Shown one piece after another: positions 37,539-47,484 of a stretch of 64,000 bases of DNA; within the stretch, counting starts at the first letter, position 1; each line of letters starts with the position of its first letter. The stretch comes from Sulfurovum sp. Its GTDB lineage: Bacteria; Campylobacterota; Campylobacteria; Campylobacterales; Sulfurovaceae. A program made the position numbers and the translations under genes. Where the stretch lies: contig JAJPEU010000007.1 in NCBI GenBank assembly GCA_021166685.1, positions 120,212 to 184,211 of the forward strand, in the 5' to 3' direction. The notes beneath the pieces were generated by a model. That model saw only the letters and a program-made list of their open reading frames with translations. It did not search any database and had not been told where the DNA came from.

Positions 37539-38987
37539 ATGGCACGATTGGTTGTTATGGGCGGGGGAGTCTCCGGACACACCGCCGCAACGTTTGCAAA
37601 AAAATGGCTTGGCAATGAACATGAAGTGGTAGTTGTGACTCCCAATTCGCAATGGAACTGGATCCCATCCAATATCTGGGTAGGTGTAGGCGAGATGAAA
37701 AAGGAGGATGTTGTTTTTCCTCTTGCTCCCGTATATGAAAAAGCGGGTATTGACTACAGGCAGGCAAAAGCCGTATCGCTTCATCCAAGCGGCAGCGAAA
37801 AAAATGAAAAGGCATTTATTACGATAGAGTATACCGGCCAAGGCAAAGAAGGACAAACAGAGGAGGTAACCTATGACTATCTCATCAATGCAACCGGCCC
37901 GAAATTAAATTTTGGCGCAACACCGGGATTGGATCAAGGATACACTGTTTCTGTTTGTACCGCAGACCATGCCGTGCATGCCAACGAAGAACTCCAAAAA
38001 GTCTTCGAAAAGGCAAAAACCCAAAAACAGAAAATTCTCATCGGCACAGGACATGGCATGTGCACATGTCAAGGTGCTGCATTTGAATATATCTTCAACA
38101 TTGAGCATGAAGCCAAAAAGGCAGGCATCAGAGATAATTTAGATATAAAATGGATTTCAAACGAATCATTCTTGGGTGATTTTGGTATGGGCGGAATGCA
38201 TCTAAATGTTGGAGGCTACACGGCTTCCAGTAAAATATTTGCCGAATCACTATATAGCGAGAGAAAACTTGAATGGGTCATCGGAGCACATGTCAATAAA
38301 GTAGAGGCCGGAAAAGCGCATTATGAACTTTTAGACGGTACTGCGGGCGCAGAGGAGTTTGATTTTGCTATGCTCATCCCGCCATTTGCCGGAGTAGGAT
38401 TGAAAGCATTTAGTAAAAACGGTGATGATATAACTGCTGACATATTTGCACCAAATGGATTTATGAAAGTGGATGCAAACTATAATGCAGGTGCGTATGA
38501 AAATTGGAAAGCAAGCGATTGGCCCCGTACTCTACAAAACCCTACTTATCAGAATATCTTTGCAGTAGGCATAGCATTTGCGCCTCCGCATCCGATATCT
38601 AAGCCCATGAGCTCGCCAAACGGTACTCAAATATTTCCAACTCCGCCAAGAACGGGCATGCCAAGCGCCATGATGGGTAAAGCGGTTGCACACAGCATAG
38701 TAGACATGATCCATGGTGCGCCTCAACCAACCCACACCGCATGCATGTCGGAAATGGGTGCGGCTTGTGTAGCCAGTGCAGGCAAAGGATTTTTCACCGG
38801 AACTGCAGCTGCTATGACTGTTTATCCGGTCGTTCCTGATTTTGAAAAATATCCAGGTGTCGGTAGAGACATCAGCATGACAACCGGAGAAATAGGCCTT
38901 GCAGGACACTGGATAAAACATCTTTTGCATTTTGCGTTTCTTTGGAAAGCCAAGCTTAAACCGGGCTGGACTTTAATCCCGGAATAA
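37539..38987 (+). CDS. sqr: sulfide:quinone oxidoreductase family flavoprotein
   Basis: VVMGGGVSGHTAA FAD motif and conserved Cys contexts (SVCTADHA, GMCTCQGAAFEY, GAACVASAG). 482 aa with a C-terminal amphipathic tail. Confidence 0.8.
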   Translation: MARLVVMGGGVSGHTAATFAKKWLGNEHEVVVVTPNSQWNWIPSNIWVGVGEMKKEDVVFPLAPVYEKAGIDYRQAKAVSLHPSGSEKNEKAFITIEYTGQGKEGQTEEVTYDYLINATGPKLNFGATPGLDQGYTVSVCTADHAVHANEELQKVFEKAKTQKQKILIGTGHGMCTCQGAAFEYIFNIEHEAKKAGIRDNLDIKWISNESFLGDFGMGGMHLNVGGYTASSKIFAESLYSERKLEWVIGAHVNKVEAGKAHYELLDGTAGAEEFDFAMLIPPFAGVGLKAFSKNGDDITADIFAPNGFMKVDANYNAGAYENWKASDWPRTLQNPTYQNIFAVGIAFAPPHPISKPMSSPNGTQIFPTPPRTGMPSAMMGKAVAHSIVDMIHGAPQPTHTACMSEMGAACVASAGKGFFTGTAAAMTVYPVVPDFEKYPGVGRDISMTTGEIGLAGHWIKHLLHFAFLWKAKLKPGWTLIPE

Positions 38988-39140
38988 AAAACATAGTAAG
39001 CAAATAGCTGGCTTATGGAATTTAAGGAAAACTAATCAGAAATACCTTCTGAGCCAAAAGCGAGGCTTTAGCAGGAGGAACTGGACAAGTAGCTTAGCTA
39101 TGAGTTCAAGAAGAAATAAGTATAAAAAAGGAGAAATAAA

Positions 39141-39308
39141 ATGGCAACAAAACACATGGAGCACATTCAACCATATAGTCCGCAAGCAGGCACTATGATA
39201 CCAACAAAATTTAGAAAATTTCTACGCACTTGCGTACTTTGGCAATTTATAAGATTTATTGCTATAAACATCAAAATGACGCTTTTAATACTAAAAAGCC
39301 ATCACTAG
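39141..39308 (+). CDS. small ORF (55 aa) with a basic/hydrophobic C-terminal half; below the ORF-track length cutoff
   Basis: AAGGAG (39128-39133) lies 7 nt before the ATG. Translation: MATKHMEHIQPYSPQAGTMIPTKFRKFLRTCVLWQFIRFIAINIKMTLLILKSHH. A 9-bp hairpin starts 2 nt after the stop. Confidence 0.45.
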   Translation: MATKHMEHIQPYSPQAGTMIPTKFRKFLRTCVLWQFIRFIAINIKMTLLILKSHH

Positions 39309-39309
39309 T

Positions 39310-39331
39310 CTATGTGCCTCACGGCACATAG
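39310..39331 (+). terminator. hairpin directly after the 55-codon ORF
   Basis: CTATGTGCC-TCAC-GGCACATAG (9-bp stem). No clear U-tract follows (AAAATCCTTC), so terminator function is uncertain. Confidence 0.35.
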
Positions 39332-39420
39332 AAAATCCTTCAAATATTATTTCTAAAATTAATCTCACCGTATAAATAAGATTATAAGCGTATAATTCAT
39401 ACCAATAAAAAGGAAATAAC

Positions 39421-39888
39421 ATGATATTAAACATATCGGGCATGGAACAAATAGAGTTAAAACACTTGATTCTTGATTATAACGGCACAATCGCTATCAA
39501 CGGAGCTCTTATAGAAGGGGTATTGGAGAGACTAAAAAAACTATCGCCGCAACTTTCCATACATGTTCTGACAGCAGATACCTATGGATCTGTGCATGAA
39601 CAATGCGAAGCTGATTTTTTAAATATTCACGTCATAGGCAAAGAGAAACAAGATGAACAAAAATTATCATTTATAAAATCTTTGGGCATTAACAATACTG
39701 TTGCCATAGGAAATGGCAGAAATGATGCTCTTATGCTAAAAAGTGCTATTTTAGGATTTGCTATTTTGCAAGATGAGGGAATAAGTATCTGTGCCTTAAA
39801 TTCAGCAGATGTAGTCTTTGTTTCGATTATAGATGCTTTAGATGCTTTACTAATCCCCAATCGATTAATAGCGACACTCAGGAATTAA
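39421..39888 (+). CDS. small HAD-superfamily protein, soluble P-type-ATPase-like (COG4087-like)
   Basis: LILDYNGTIA (DxxGT-like motif), HVLTADTYG and IGNGRNDALMLK motifs, 155 aa. It has its own TATAAT about 25 nt upstream. Confidence 0.6.
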   Translation: MILNISGMEQIELKHLILDYNGTIAINGALIEGVLERLKKLSPQLSIHVLTADTYGSVHEQCEADFLNIHVIGKEKQDEQKLSFIKSLGINNTVAIGNGRNDALMLKSAILGFAILQDEGISICALNSADVVFVSIIDALDALLIPNRLIATLRN

Positions 39889-40032
39889 ACCATCTAAAGA
39901 ATTCCCGATTTTGAGCAAAGCCATTTGTGCTTGTATTCTCTTTGAGAAAATTATATCTTCTATTAGTGCTTGCAATCAGACACTCTATATATCCCTGCTA
40001 GAGAATCTAAAAAAATAATGAGAATAGACAAC

Positions 40033-40051
40033 AAAGAGCAAGAAGCTCTTT
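40033..40051 (-). terminator. hairpin downstream of rpsI
   Basis: AAAGAGC-AAGAA-GCTCTTT, starting 16 nt after the rpsI stop. On the minus strand it is followed by GTTGTCTATTCT. Confidence 0.4.
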
Positions 40052-40066
40052 GAAAAAGATAAGAGA

Positions 40067-40456
40067 TTATCTTTTTGAGAACTGCGGAGATCTTCTCGCT
40101 TTTTTCTTTCCTGGCTTCTTTCTTTCAACCACTCTTGAATCTCTTGTAAGAAGACCCATCGGTTTCAAAATAGCTCTAAAAGAAGGCTCAAATTCTACAA
40201 GCGCTTTTGTAATTCCATGCTTCAACGCATCAGCTTGAGCAGAATATCCACCGCCAAGTGTAGTTGCTTTTACCGTCATAGAGTCTAGTTGTTTGGTTGC
40301 CTCAAGAGGAAGTCTTACTTTCATTTTAAGCGTTTCGTGTCCGCCGAGCCATTGGTCAAGTGTTTTGCCATTGATAAGCATTTCGCCATTCCCTGGAGTC
40401 AACCAAACTTTAGCAATAGCAGCTTTTCTTTTACCTGTTGCATACATAGTTGCCAT
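40067..40456 (-). CDS. rpsI: 30S ribosomal protein S9
   Basis: [15 protein letters not shown] and a C-terminal [17 protein letters not shown]. Confidence 0.95.
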   Translation of the reverse strand: MATMYATGKRKAAIAKVWLTPGNGEMLINGKTLDQWLGGHETLKMKVRLPLEATKQLDSMTVKATTLGGGYSAQADALKHGITKALVEFEPSFRAILKPMGLLTRDSRVVERKKPGKKKARRSPQFSKR

Positions 40457-40458
40457 TT

Positions 40459-40884
40459 TTAGTTTCCTTTGTTGATTTGTGCAGTATGAGGATGTTCGCT
40501 TCCTGCATATACTTTAAGTTTTTTAAGCATTGCTCTGCCAAGTGTTGTTTTTGGAAGCATGCCTCTCACAGCAAGTTTGTAAAGTTTTTCGGTATGATTT
40601 TCAAGCATATCTGAAAGCTTTTTGCTTTTAGTAGAGCCGAAATATCCACTGTATGTAAAATACTCTTTATCATCCAGTTTAACTCCTGTAAATTTCGCTT
40701 TTTGGGCATTGATGATGACTACATAGTCACCGCAATCTACGTTTGGAGTAAATGATGGTTTATGTTTGCCTCTAAGAAGTGTTGCTACCTCGGTTAAGAT
40801 ACGACCAAAAGTTTTACCTTCTGCATCAATCAAAACCCAGTCTCTTTTTACTTCATGAGGCTTAAGAACAGATGTCAATTTCAT
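40459..40884 (-). CDS. rplM: 50S ribosomal protein L13
   Basis: [34 protein letters not shown] is typical of L13. Confidence 0.95.
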   Translation of the reverse strand: MKLTSVLKPHEVKRDWVLIDAEGKTFGRILTEVATLLRGKHKPSFTPNVDCGDYVVIINAQKAKFTGVKLDDKEYFTYSGYFGSTKSKKLSDMLENHTEKLYKLAVRGMLPKTTLGRAMLKKLKVYAGSEHPHTAQINKGN

Positions 40885-40963
40885 GATGTTTTCCTTATTA
40901 ATATAAAAGCTGACGCTCTTTGTGAGTGGGATTGTACCGATTTAAACTTAATATTTATTTAAA

Positions 40964-43711
40964 TTAAGATTTATTTAAGTGAATTAACTCGATTTTATCT
41001 TCCAGCAGATAAACAATAATCCCTTCTGTTCTTTTTTGCGTAATTTTCTCTATCGCCTTCTGATAAAATCCAACCTGGGCTTGATGCTTAAATTGATATT
41101 TTTTTGAAGTTTTATAGTCCACCACCAAACAATGAGTTTTATACTCAAGCAACAGATCTACCTGCTTGATTTCACCTTCAAAACAGAGCGACTGCTCTTG
41201 GAACCATGTTGCATCCGTTAATAATATTTTGAAATTTTCTTCTTCAATAAGCATTTGGATTCGGAAGGCTATCTGCTCAAGCTGCCCTTGGCTTAAAATT
41301 TGACCGTAACGATTGCGTACTGCCTGCATTGCAGGCAGAAGAGATACAGCATCAAATTTATCCAACATTTCCAAGCCGTAGTGCAGTGCTGTTCCGAAAA
41401 GTATAGCTTCATAATCCTTAGCATCCTCCGTTTGTGATTCTGTCTTCATTTCTTGTGTTCCATAATGTGAAATGAGTACCGGTTTTGTTTGCGCACAGTG
41501 AATATCTGCTGGTGTCTGCTTAACATTTATTTTAAGTTTTCCCAACCGTAAAGGAGCCATTCCTATCTCATCAAATAGTGATTCTTTTGGTTTTCGTATA
41601 ACGATCAGCGCTTCAACCGCACGAGTCAATGCAACATAAAGTACATTTTTACGGTCTTTAAGAGAGAAAGTTTTTTGTTCTTTTATAATTTTGGCATAAG
41701 TTTTGTCAAAATACTCTCTGTTTTTACTGCGAAACAAGATATGGTCTATTGCAAGCTGCTCGCTATAATGGAAAATCAATGGCGACGCGTTGTTGTTTGG
41801 GCGGGTAAGCCTGTCAAGAAGTATAACGTATTCAAACTCCAATCCTTTCGATCCATGCACTGTCATGATTTTCGCTCCATGCACAGAATGCGCTGCAACA
41901 GCAATAGAAGAACTCTCAAACTCTTTCAAAAAAACAGGAATTTCTGAAAAATGTGCTGCAAATTCCAAAAGTTTCAATATGTTTTTATCGTTTTGAAAAT
42001 ATCCAAACTCCCTTATGAGTCTATCCAGCGCCGTCAAAGGTTCCATAAAAGGTGTAAACCAACCTGTATCTATTGTCTCCAAAGATTGACCTGTTTTCTC
42101 CAAAAATGCTTGCGCCTCTATTTTCTCACCAAAAAAAAGATAAGAAAGCATGGCCGTCAATGCTGCAATTTTCGGAACTGTTTTAAGAGAGCTTGAAGTA
42201 TAAAGCAAGGTAGGTATGCCTGCATGTCCGCAGGCATCCTGCAAACGCAAGCCGTCTTTGTTGGTGCTTACCAAAAAAGCAATATCATCAATCCCGATTC
42301 CAAAATCCAAAAATTTTTTAGCCTGATTAACCGCTTCTTTAATGGGGTCTTCTGTCTCTACAACCTCCACATATCCTTCATTGGCATTTTTTTTGCTTTT
42401 TTGCGGTACATACCCCTCCATCAATCCGTCAAACCAACGATTTACCTGTTCTACAACATATCTACTGCTTCGATAATTCGTATCCATTTGCTCCACATTC
42501 ACACCGTAACGTTGCGCCACTTTATCAAACAGCTCTTCCACGCCTCCGCGAAAACGGTAAAGTGATTGTTTGGTATCGCCTACATAAAAAAAACTTTTAA
42601 ATTTGCTTTGCCCCTGTCCCGACGAAATCTCATCTATTATGGGTTTTAAAAGCAAAAATTGCAAGGTGGACGTATCTTGAAATTCATCCAAAAGAATATG
42701 ATTGAACTTGTTGTCTATTTTGAAGTAAAAAAATTCTTTTGAAATACTTTCATGGAGCAGTCTGTAGGTAAAATAGCCCAGGTCATCAAAACTTAATATA
42801 TTGGACCGTTTCGCATCCATAATTGTGGCATTTTTATAGTAGTCATACGCTTTGAAAAGAAGGTCCAGAACGCTGGACTCTTTTGCCTGCATCCAGCTTC
42901 CAAGCAGTAATTTTAATTCTAAAAATGTTTCTTCTATGGAGGGATTCTTTTCGACATATTTTTTATAATTTTTATGATCGAAAAGACTTTGTTTTTCAAA
43001 TACCGTTTTGACTGCGAGCTCCTTGATAGATTGAGACAAAAAATTGTTAATCGCGCTTTTAGATGCGCCCGATTTGACCACCATCGCATGCAAACGCTTC
43101 CTGCATGCATTGATTTCATTTTCGATCCGCCACAGATCACTGTGCTTATAGGTATGGATCGGCAACAAAGGATCAACACGATAAAAATGCTGCATAAGAT
43201 CAAAAATCTTTCCGAATCGTTTATCTTCAATCTCGATTGCCAATTGAACCAAAGAGAAAAGCAAACCTTCTGTGCGAAGTTCTTCCAAAAAATAACTCTC
43301 ACGCTTATCGTTTTTCTTCTCCTTGGTAACAAATCCTGGATCCAGTCCCAATTCGAGCGATGCAGATCTCAGTACCGATGCAAAAAAACTGTCCAATGTA
43401 ACAATATAGCTGCCGTTTGAAAGAAATCGTCTCAAGACATCAGGCTGTATAGCCTTCAAAGCTTCTTTGGTTAATCCTGTCTGGTTACAAACTTCATCTG
43501 CCAATGGATCATCTTCTTTTTCTCCAAGCATTCTTAGCGCACTAAGCACTCTTTGGCGCATCTCAGAAGCAGCTTTGTTGGTAAACGTTGCCGCCAAAAT
43601 ACTGCTGGAAGACTCTCCCATGAACAGCAAAGAAAGATAACGTACAGTGAGCGCAAAAGTTTTACCGCTGCCTGCACTTGCCGAATAAGCCAAAAAGGGT
43701 TTAAAACTCAT
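40964..43711 (-). CDS. addA: AddA-type helicase-nuclease subunit (UvrD/Rep helicase plus C-terminal PD-(D/E)xK nuclease)
   Basis: Walker A ASAGSGKTF, helicase motifs (LLDEFQDTS, VGDTKQSLYRFRGG, MTVHGSKGLEF, YVALTRA) and a C-terminal nuclease motif (VDLLLEY...VVDYKTSKK). Confidence 0.85.
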   Translation of the reverse strand: MSFKPFLAYSASAGSGKTFALTVRYLSLLFMGESSSSILAATFTNKAASEMRQRVLSALRMLGEKEDDPLADEVCNQTGLTKEALKAIQPDVLRRFLSNGSYIVTLDSFFASVLRSASLELGLDPGFVTKEKKNDKRESYFLEELRTEGLLFSLVQLAIEIEDKRFGKIFDLMQHFYRVDPLLPIHTYKHSDLWRIENEINACRKRLHAMVVKSGASKSAINNFLSQSIKELAVKTVFEKQSLFDHKNYKKYVEKNPSIEETFLELKLLLGSWMQAKESSVLDLLFKAYDYYKNATIMDAKRSNILSFDDLGYFTYRLLHESISKEFFYFKIDNKFNHILLDEFQDTSTLQFLLLKPIIDEISSGQGQSKFKSFFYVGDTKQSLYRFRGGVEELFDKVAQRYGVNVEQMDTNYRSSRYVVEQVNRWFDGLMEGYVPQKSKKNANEGYVEVVETEDPIKEAVNQAKKFLDFGIGIDDIAFLVSTNKDGLRLQDACGHAGIPTLLYTSSSLKTVPKIAALTAMLSYLFFGEKIEAQAFLEKTGQSLETIDTGWFTPFMEPLTALDRLIREFGYFQNDKNILKLLEFAAHFSEIPVFLKEFESSSIAVAAHSVHGAKIMTVHGSKGLEFEYVILLDRLTRPNNNASPLIFHYSEQLAIDHILFRSKNREYFDKTYAKIIKEQKTFSLKDRKNVLYVALTRAVEALIVIRKPKESLFDEIGMAPLRLGKLKINVKQTPADIHCAQTKPVLISHYGTQEMKTESQTEDAKDYEAILFGTALHYGLEMLDKFDAVSLLPAMQAVRNRYGQILSQGQLEQIAFRIQMLIEEENFKILLTDATWFQEQSLCFEGEIKQVDLLLEYKTHCLVVDYKTSKKYQFKHQAQVGFYQKAIEKITQKRTEGIIVYLLEDKIELIHLNKS

Positions 43712-46083
43712 AAATACGGACCTCTTTCACATGTTAAAGCAAATTCACAGTAGTTGCATTTTTGCAAATCCTCACATTTCTTGGCCACAAAATGCCTACT
43801 TTGTTTGAGGTTAACAATATGCTCGGCCAAACGTGCATTTTTCTCATCTAGTGCCTCAATATCCTCTCTTTGCCCATTTTCCAGTATCTTAACATAAGAG
43901 AGTTTGATATTTTGATATCTAGGACCAAGAAGATAATGATAGATACTCATCTGAAAATCATTGAGCGTTTCTAAGTTTTTAACTTTGTTTGCTTCTGCTG
44001 TGCTGCCGCTTTTATAATCAAGTATCCATGTATCTGTTGCATTTTGATCAATACGATCTATGCGTCCCTTAAAATCCAATCCGCCTATTTTTCCTTTAAT
44101 TTCTATTTCCCGTGCGACCACCCTCCAGCGGTCATTAAAATAGCGGACTTCCGTCTGTATAAATCCCTTGAGTTTCTCTTTCCAAAGCAATTTTTGATAC
44201 GCAGTTTTTGCGTCTTCATACGGCAAAAGTTCATCCAGCAACCCATGAAGTCTTTTTTCGAGAGTCTCAACGGTGGCAAAAGTATCATTCTTGGCATAGA
44301 CATGTTCGAGCAGAGTATGCAAGAATGCTCCTTCATTGAGTTCTTCATCTTTTTTGGCTTCTATTTTTTGAATATATTTGTAGTAATATTTTCGTTTACA
44401 CTCCAAATAGGTTTTGAGCCTTGAGGCCGACCACGTAAAGGAAAAGGCATCAAATGATTCTACCACCGGATCCTCAAAAGACAACACAAGTCCAGACGGC
44501 TCACTATAAAATATATCGAGTTGTCCGCTTCTTTGTTGTGTGTCATAAAGCCCTAATTCAAAAAGAAATTTTGAGGGGAGTTTGTTGTCGCTGCTGCAGT
44601 AGAGTATCACAGCCTGATTGGCTTGTTCTAGTAACCGCTTATAGTACTGCTTCTGAAGCGCCTCTCTGTCGTTTTTTGTAGGCAATCCGGCAAATGCTCT
44701 TACCGCAGAGTTTAAAAATTGGTCTTTGCTTGAACTTGCAGGAACAACGCCTTCATTAAAGTCAACAATAACTATCCCCTCAAAAGAAACTCCCCTGGTT
44801 TCAAGAACCCCCATGACGGTTATTTTTCCTCCCCGTACATCATCGATGGTAATCGTATCAAGTGCTTTCATCCATAAGAAAAGCCACTCTTTTATGCTTA
44901 AGACGTGTATGGAAAATACTTTTGTAAAATGAAGATAGGCTTCATATGCTTTTTCATTATATTTTGGCTTCTTTTCATTCTCTGCCTGAAGGATTGGCAT
45001 CAAAGGACAATCAAGCAGTTTTGACTGATCTAACAATATGAAAAAATCATCGGCCTTTACTTTTTTATTTGGATTAACATCTTGGAGATTTTGTGTTTCC
45101 ATCCCATAGTATTTAAGTAAAAGCCATTGCTCTTTTTCAAAATTTTGCCAATACGCATAAAGTGCTGCGAGCATTTTATAATTTTTTTGTTTGCTATAGT
45201 CGTACCCCATTGCAAAGTTAAAATTGCCTAATCTATCGTAAAGTGCAATACTCTCTTTTAGCTGCTCATCCGGCAAAATCAAAGCGATCTTTTCGGGATC
45301 TATGCCTGCACGCACCATCTCTTCTATTTTTGTAAAAGCGAATGCTATCTGTTCATGGCGCTCTTCAACACCTATCACTTCCGCTTCAATTTTATCTTTT
45401 GCAGCAGTAGCGGATAGTATTTTTTTTGTACTAAAATCAATAATCACGTGGGAGTCGTCAGGTAAATGAATCCCATATGCTTCAAAACGTTCTTGCATTT
45501 TAACAGTGAACTTGCTTGTTGTATAGTGAAAAAGCACTTTTGTTGCTTGGGAAACCTTATCAATCAGATTAAACTCAAAATGGCTCAGATAACCCTCTAA
45601 ATATATCTCTATGCATTCATAGGTTTGAACAAAACCTGTATTGATGGTATATTGCTCAGGAATAAATGCTTTATCTATAAGATTTCTTTGATCAAGCAAG
45701 TCTTTATAATTATTTAAAATGGTCTGAAGTATTTGCAAATGCAATTCAAATTCTGCATAAGCATCTGCACGGCCGAGCGTATTAAAATCTATTCTTTCAG
45801 CAGCCAACTCTTCAAAAAATTTAAATACGGCATCACTTCTGGTAAAAAAATGTACCAGTCCTGAGTGAAGATTTAAATCATTAGTATCCTCAAAAGAAGC
45901 TGCTTCTCTTAAGAGCAAAATACGCTCCATGGGATCAATTTGAATTTTATTTTCAAACAGCATTGCACGCTTTTCAAACTCGTCCATCCGCATAAGTGTA
46001 GGCAAAAAACTGTCTTGCTCTTTAAATTGTGCACTTACGGCCCGCAAAGCTCTTGATGTAGGATAGATGTAAAGATTTTTCAT
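43708..46083 (-). CDS. addB: AddB-type nuclease subunit
   Basis: RecB-like nuclease motif GRIDRID...ILDYKSG and a C-terminal CX2CX5C (CNYCEFALTC). ATGA-type overlap with addA. The start at 46083 (MKNLYIYPTSRAL) is my choice over the GTG at 46158 and is uncertain. Confidence 0.78.
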   Translation of the reverse strand: MKNLYIYPTSRALRAVSAQFKEQDSFLPTLMRMDEFEKRAMLFENKIQIDPMERILLLREAASFEDTNDLNLHSGLVHFFTRSDAVFKFFEELAAERIDFNTLGRADAYAEFELHLQILQTILNNYKDLLDQRNLIDKAFIPEQYTINTGFVQTYECIEIYLEGYLSHFEFNLIDKVSQATKVLFHYTTSKFTVKMQERFEAYGIHLPDDSHVIIDFSTKKILSATAAKDKIEAEVIGVEERHEQIAFAFTKIEEMVRAGIDPEKIALILPDEQLKESIALYDRLGNFNFAMGYDYSKQKNYKMLAALYAYWQNFEKEQWLLLKYYGMETQNLQDVNPNKKVKADDFFILLDQSKLLDCPLMPILQAENEKKPKYNEKAYEAYLHFTKVFSIHVLSIKEWLFLWMKALDTITIDDVRGGKITVMGVLETRGVSFEGIVIVDFNEGVVPASSSKDQFLNSAVRAFAGLPTKNDREALQKQYYKRLLEQANQAVILYCSSDNKLPSKFLFELGLYDTQQRSGQLDIFYSEPSGLVLSFEDPVVESFDAFSFTWSASRLKTYLECKRKYYYKYIQKIEAKKDEELNEGAFLHTLLEHVYAKNDTFATVETLEKRLHGLLDELLPYEDAKTAYQKLLWKEKLKGFIQTEVRYFNDRWRVVAREIEIKGKIGGLDFKGRIDRIDQNATDTWILDYKSGSTAEANKVKNLETLNDFQMSIYHYLLGPRYQNIKLSYVKILENGQREDIEALDEKNARLAEHIVNLKQSRHFVAKKCEDLQKCNYCEFALTCERGPYL

Positions 46084-46219
46084 AAAAACAAGTATAGCAT
46101 ACCCTGCTATTTTAAAAATGAAAATATGACAAATTGCAAGATATTTTAAGCTCCGCACATCAAATCTCCTGCTGATTCTTTCAAGACAGAGTTAAGGCTT
46201 TTGCTGTGGAGACTTATTT

Positions 46220-46768
46220 TTAAGGCTCCAGATAAGCAGGTGTTTGAAGGTATCCGATATTTTGTCCTATTTTTGCCCTAAGCTCCAATGTATATCTTCC
46301 CGCTTGAGTGATATTCATTTCTTTAGTCGTATATACTGTGCCATTGAAAAAAATATTCTCGATTATTTTGTCATCTTCCTGAGTATGCGGCCGTGTCAGC
46401 AAAAATGTAACATTTGCATCTTTGACCATGTTGCCATTTGTGTCAATAATGATATAATGAAATGTATTTTCACCATATGCAAGCTTCACAGAGTCTCTTT
46501 GCTTGATTTTACTATTGATATTGTCTTTCATCACCATAGTCTGAGCATCTACAAGCTCTATACGGTAGTGGGTGTCAAATGCTATTTTTCTTTCCATAAT
46601 TTCATTAATATTCATATCGGCAATTTGATACTTCAGCATAAAATCATTCGATTCCTGCACCGGTAAAGAAATAGCCGATTTTATCGTCCAATATCCTAGT
46701 GCAATAGCTATAAACAAAAAACCAAATATCATATGGGGCCAATATGTTTTTTTTGTATTATTTGCCAT
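46220..46768 (-). CDS. FixH-like membrane-anchored protein (cbb3 oxidase accessory cluster)
   Basis: N-terminal TM (YWPHMIFGFLFIAIALGYW) followed by a beta-rich periplasmic domain. Its position downstream of ccoNOQP supports the call. Confidence 0.5.
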   Translation of the reverse strand: MANNTKKTYWPHMIFGFLFIAIALGYWTIKSAISLPVQESNDFMLKYQIADMNINEIMERKIAFDTHYRIELVDAQTMVMKDNINSKIKQRDSVKLAYGENTFHYIIIDTNGNMVKDANVTFLLTRPHTQEDDKIIENIFFNGTVYTTKEMNITQAGRYTLELRAKIGQNIGYLQTPAYLEP

Positions 46769-47357
46769 TTTTAATCCTCGTTACGGCAGGTCTAACAAAA
46801 AATATCCATAAAACCAACAGTGCGCCGGCAAATACAACTATTTTAAGTATTTTTACTATAAAACGTGTTTCGTTTGGAAGTGTTTTTGTCAACTCCACCC
46901 CTTTGGCTTCACCAATTTGATCTGCAAGTTCAGAAAAACCTTGCACAATGCCTATATTATACCTGTCTTCATCACTATTTTTATCTTTGCTTGCAACCAC
47001 ATCAATGGCGGCACTTTTTACTTTTTGTTCATCATAAAGCAATTTAACCTTATCTGAAGAAGGAATAATACCTACTCTTTTATCATTTGGTGCAAAAATA
47101 AAAACAACATACGGCTTGCTTAGATTATCCTCATACTTTTTCACATACGCAAACATGCTGCTTCCTCTGGGAAAAGCATCATTGGTTGCTATAACATATT
47201 CATGCATTCCTGTCTTGGCCAAAAGTTCACCCCCTATCTCTTCAATAAGTTGCGAGGCTTTCGGATTTAACAATTCATTTTTTAGAATATGTGCCGCATT
47301 GAGAAAAAGCGGAAGGAACAAAGCAAGCAAGGCAACCCTTGCTTGTATTTTGTTCAT
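46758..47357 (-). CDS. TPM-domain-like protein with signal peptide and C-terminal TM anchor
   Basis: Signal peptide and a TPM-like pattern (...YVVFIFAPNDKRVGIIPS...). C-terminal TM (IVVFAGALLVLWIFFV). Confidence 0.5.
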   Translation of the reverse strand: MNKIQARVALLALFLPLFLNAAHILKNELLNPKASQLIEEIGGELLAKTGMHEYVIATNDAFPRGSSMFAYVKKYEDNLSKPYVVFIFAPNDKRVGIIPSSDKVKLLYDEQKVKSAAIDVVASKDKNSDEDRYNIGIVQGFSELADQIGEAKGVELTKTLPNETRFIVKILKIVVFAGALLVLWIFFVRPAVTRIKNGK

Positions 47358-47361
47358 TATA

Positions 47362-47463
47362 TTACCCTACAAAAAGATGGTTTGGCGTAAGTACTGCCCA
47401 TGCAGTATAAATTGCAGTGATTAGCATACCGATGCCAAGCACCTTATCCATTATTTTAATCAT
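47362..47463 (-). CDS. 33-codon micro-ORF encoding one predicted TM helix
   Basis: AAGGA lies 6 nt before the ATG. Translation: MIKIMDKVLGIGMLITAIYTAWAVLTPNHLFVG. It sits 21 nt after the upstream stop and 4 nt before the next start. Confidence 0.35.
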   Translation of the reverse strand: MIKIMDKVLGIGMLITAIYTAWAVLTPNHLFVG

Positions 47464-47484
47464 AGCTTATCCTTTTTTGGTTAA

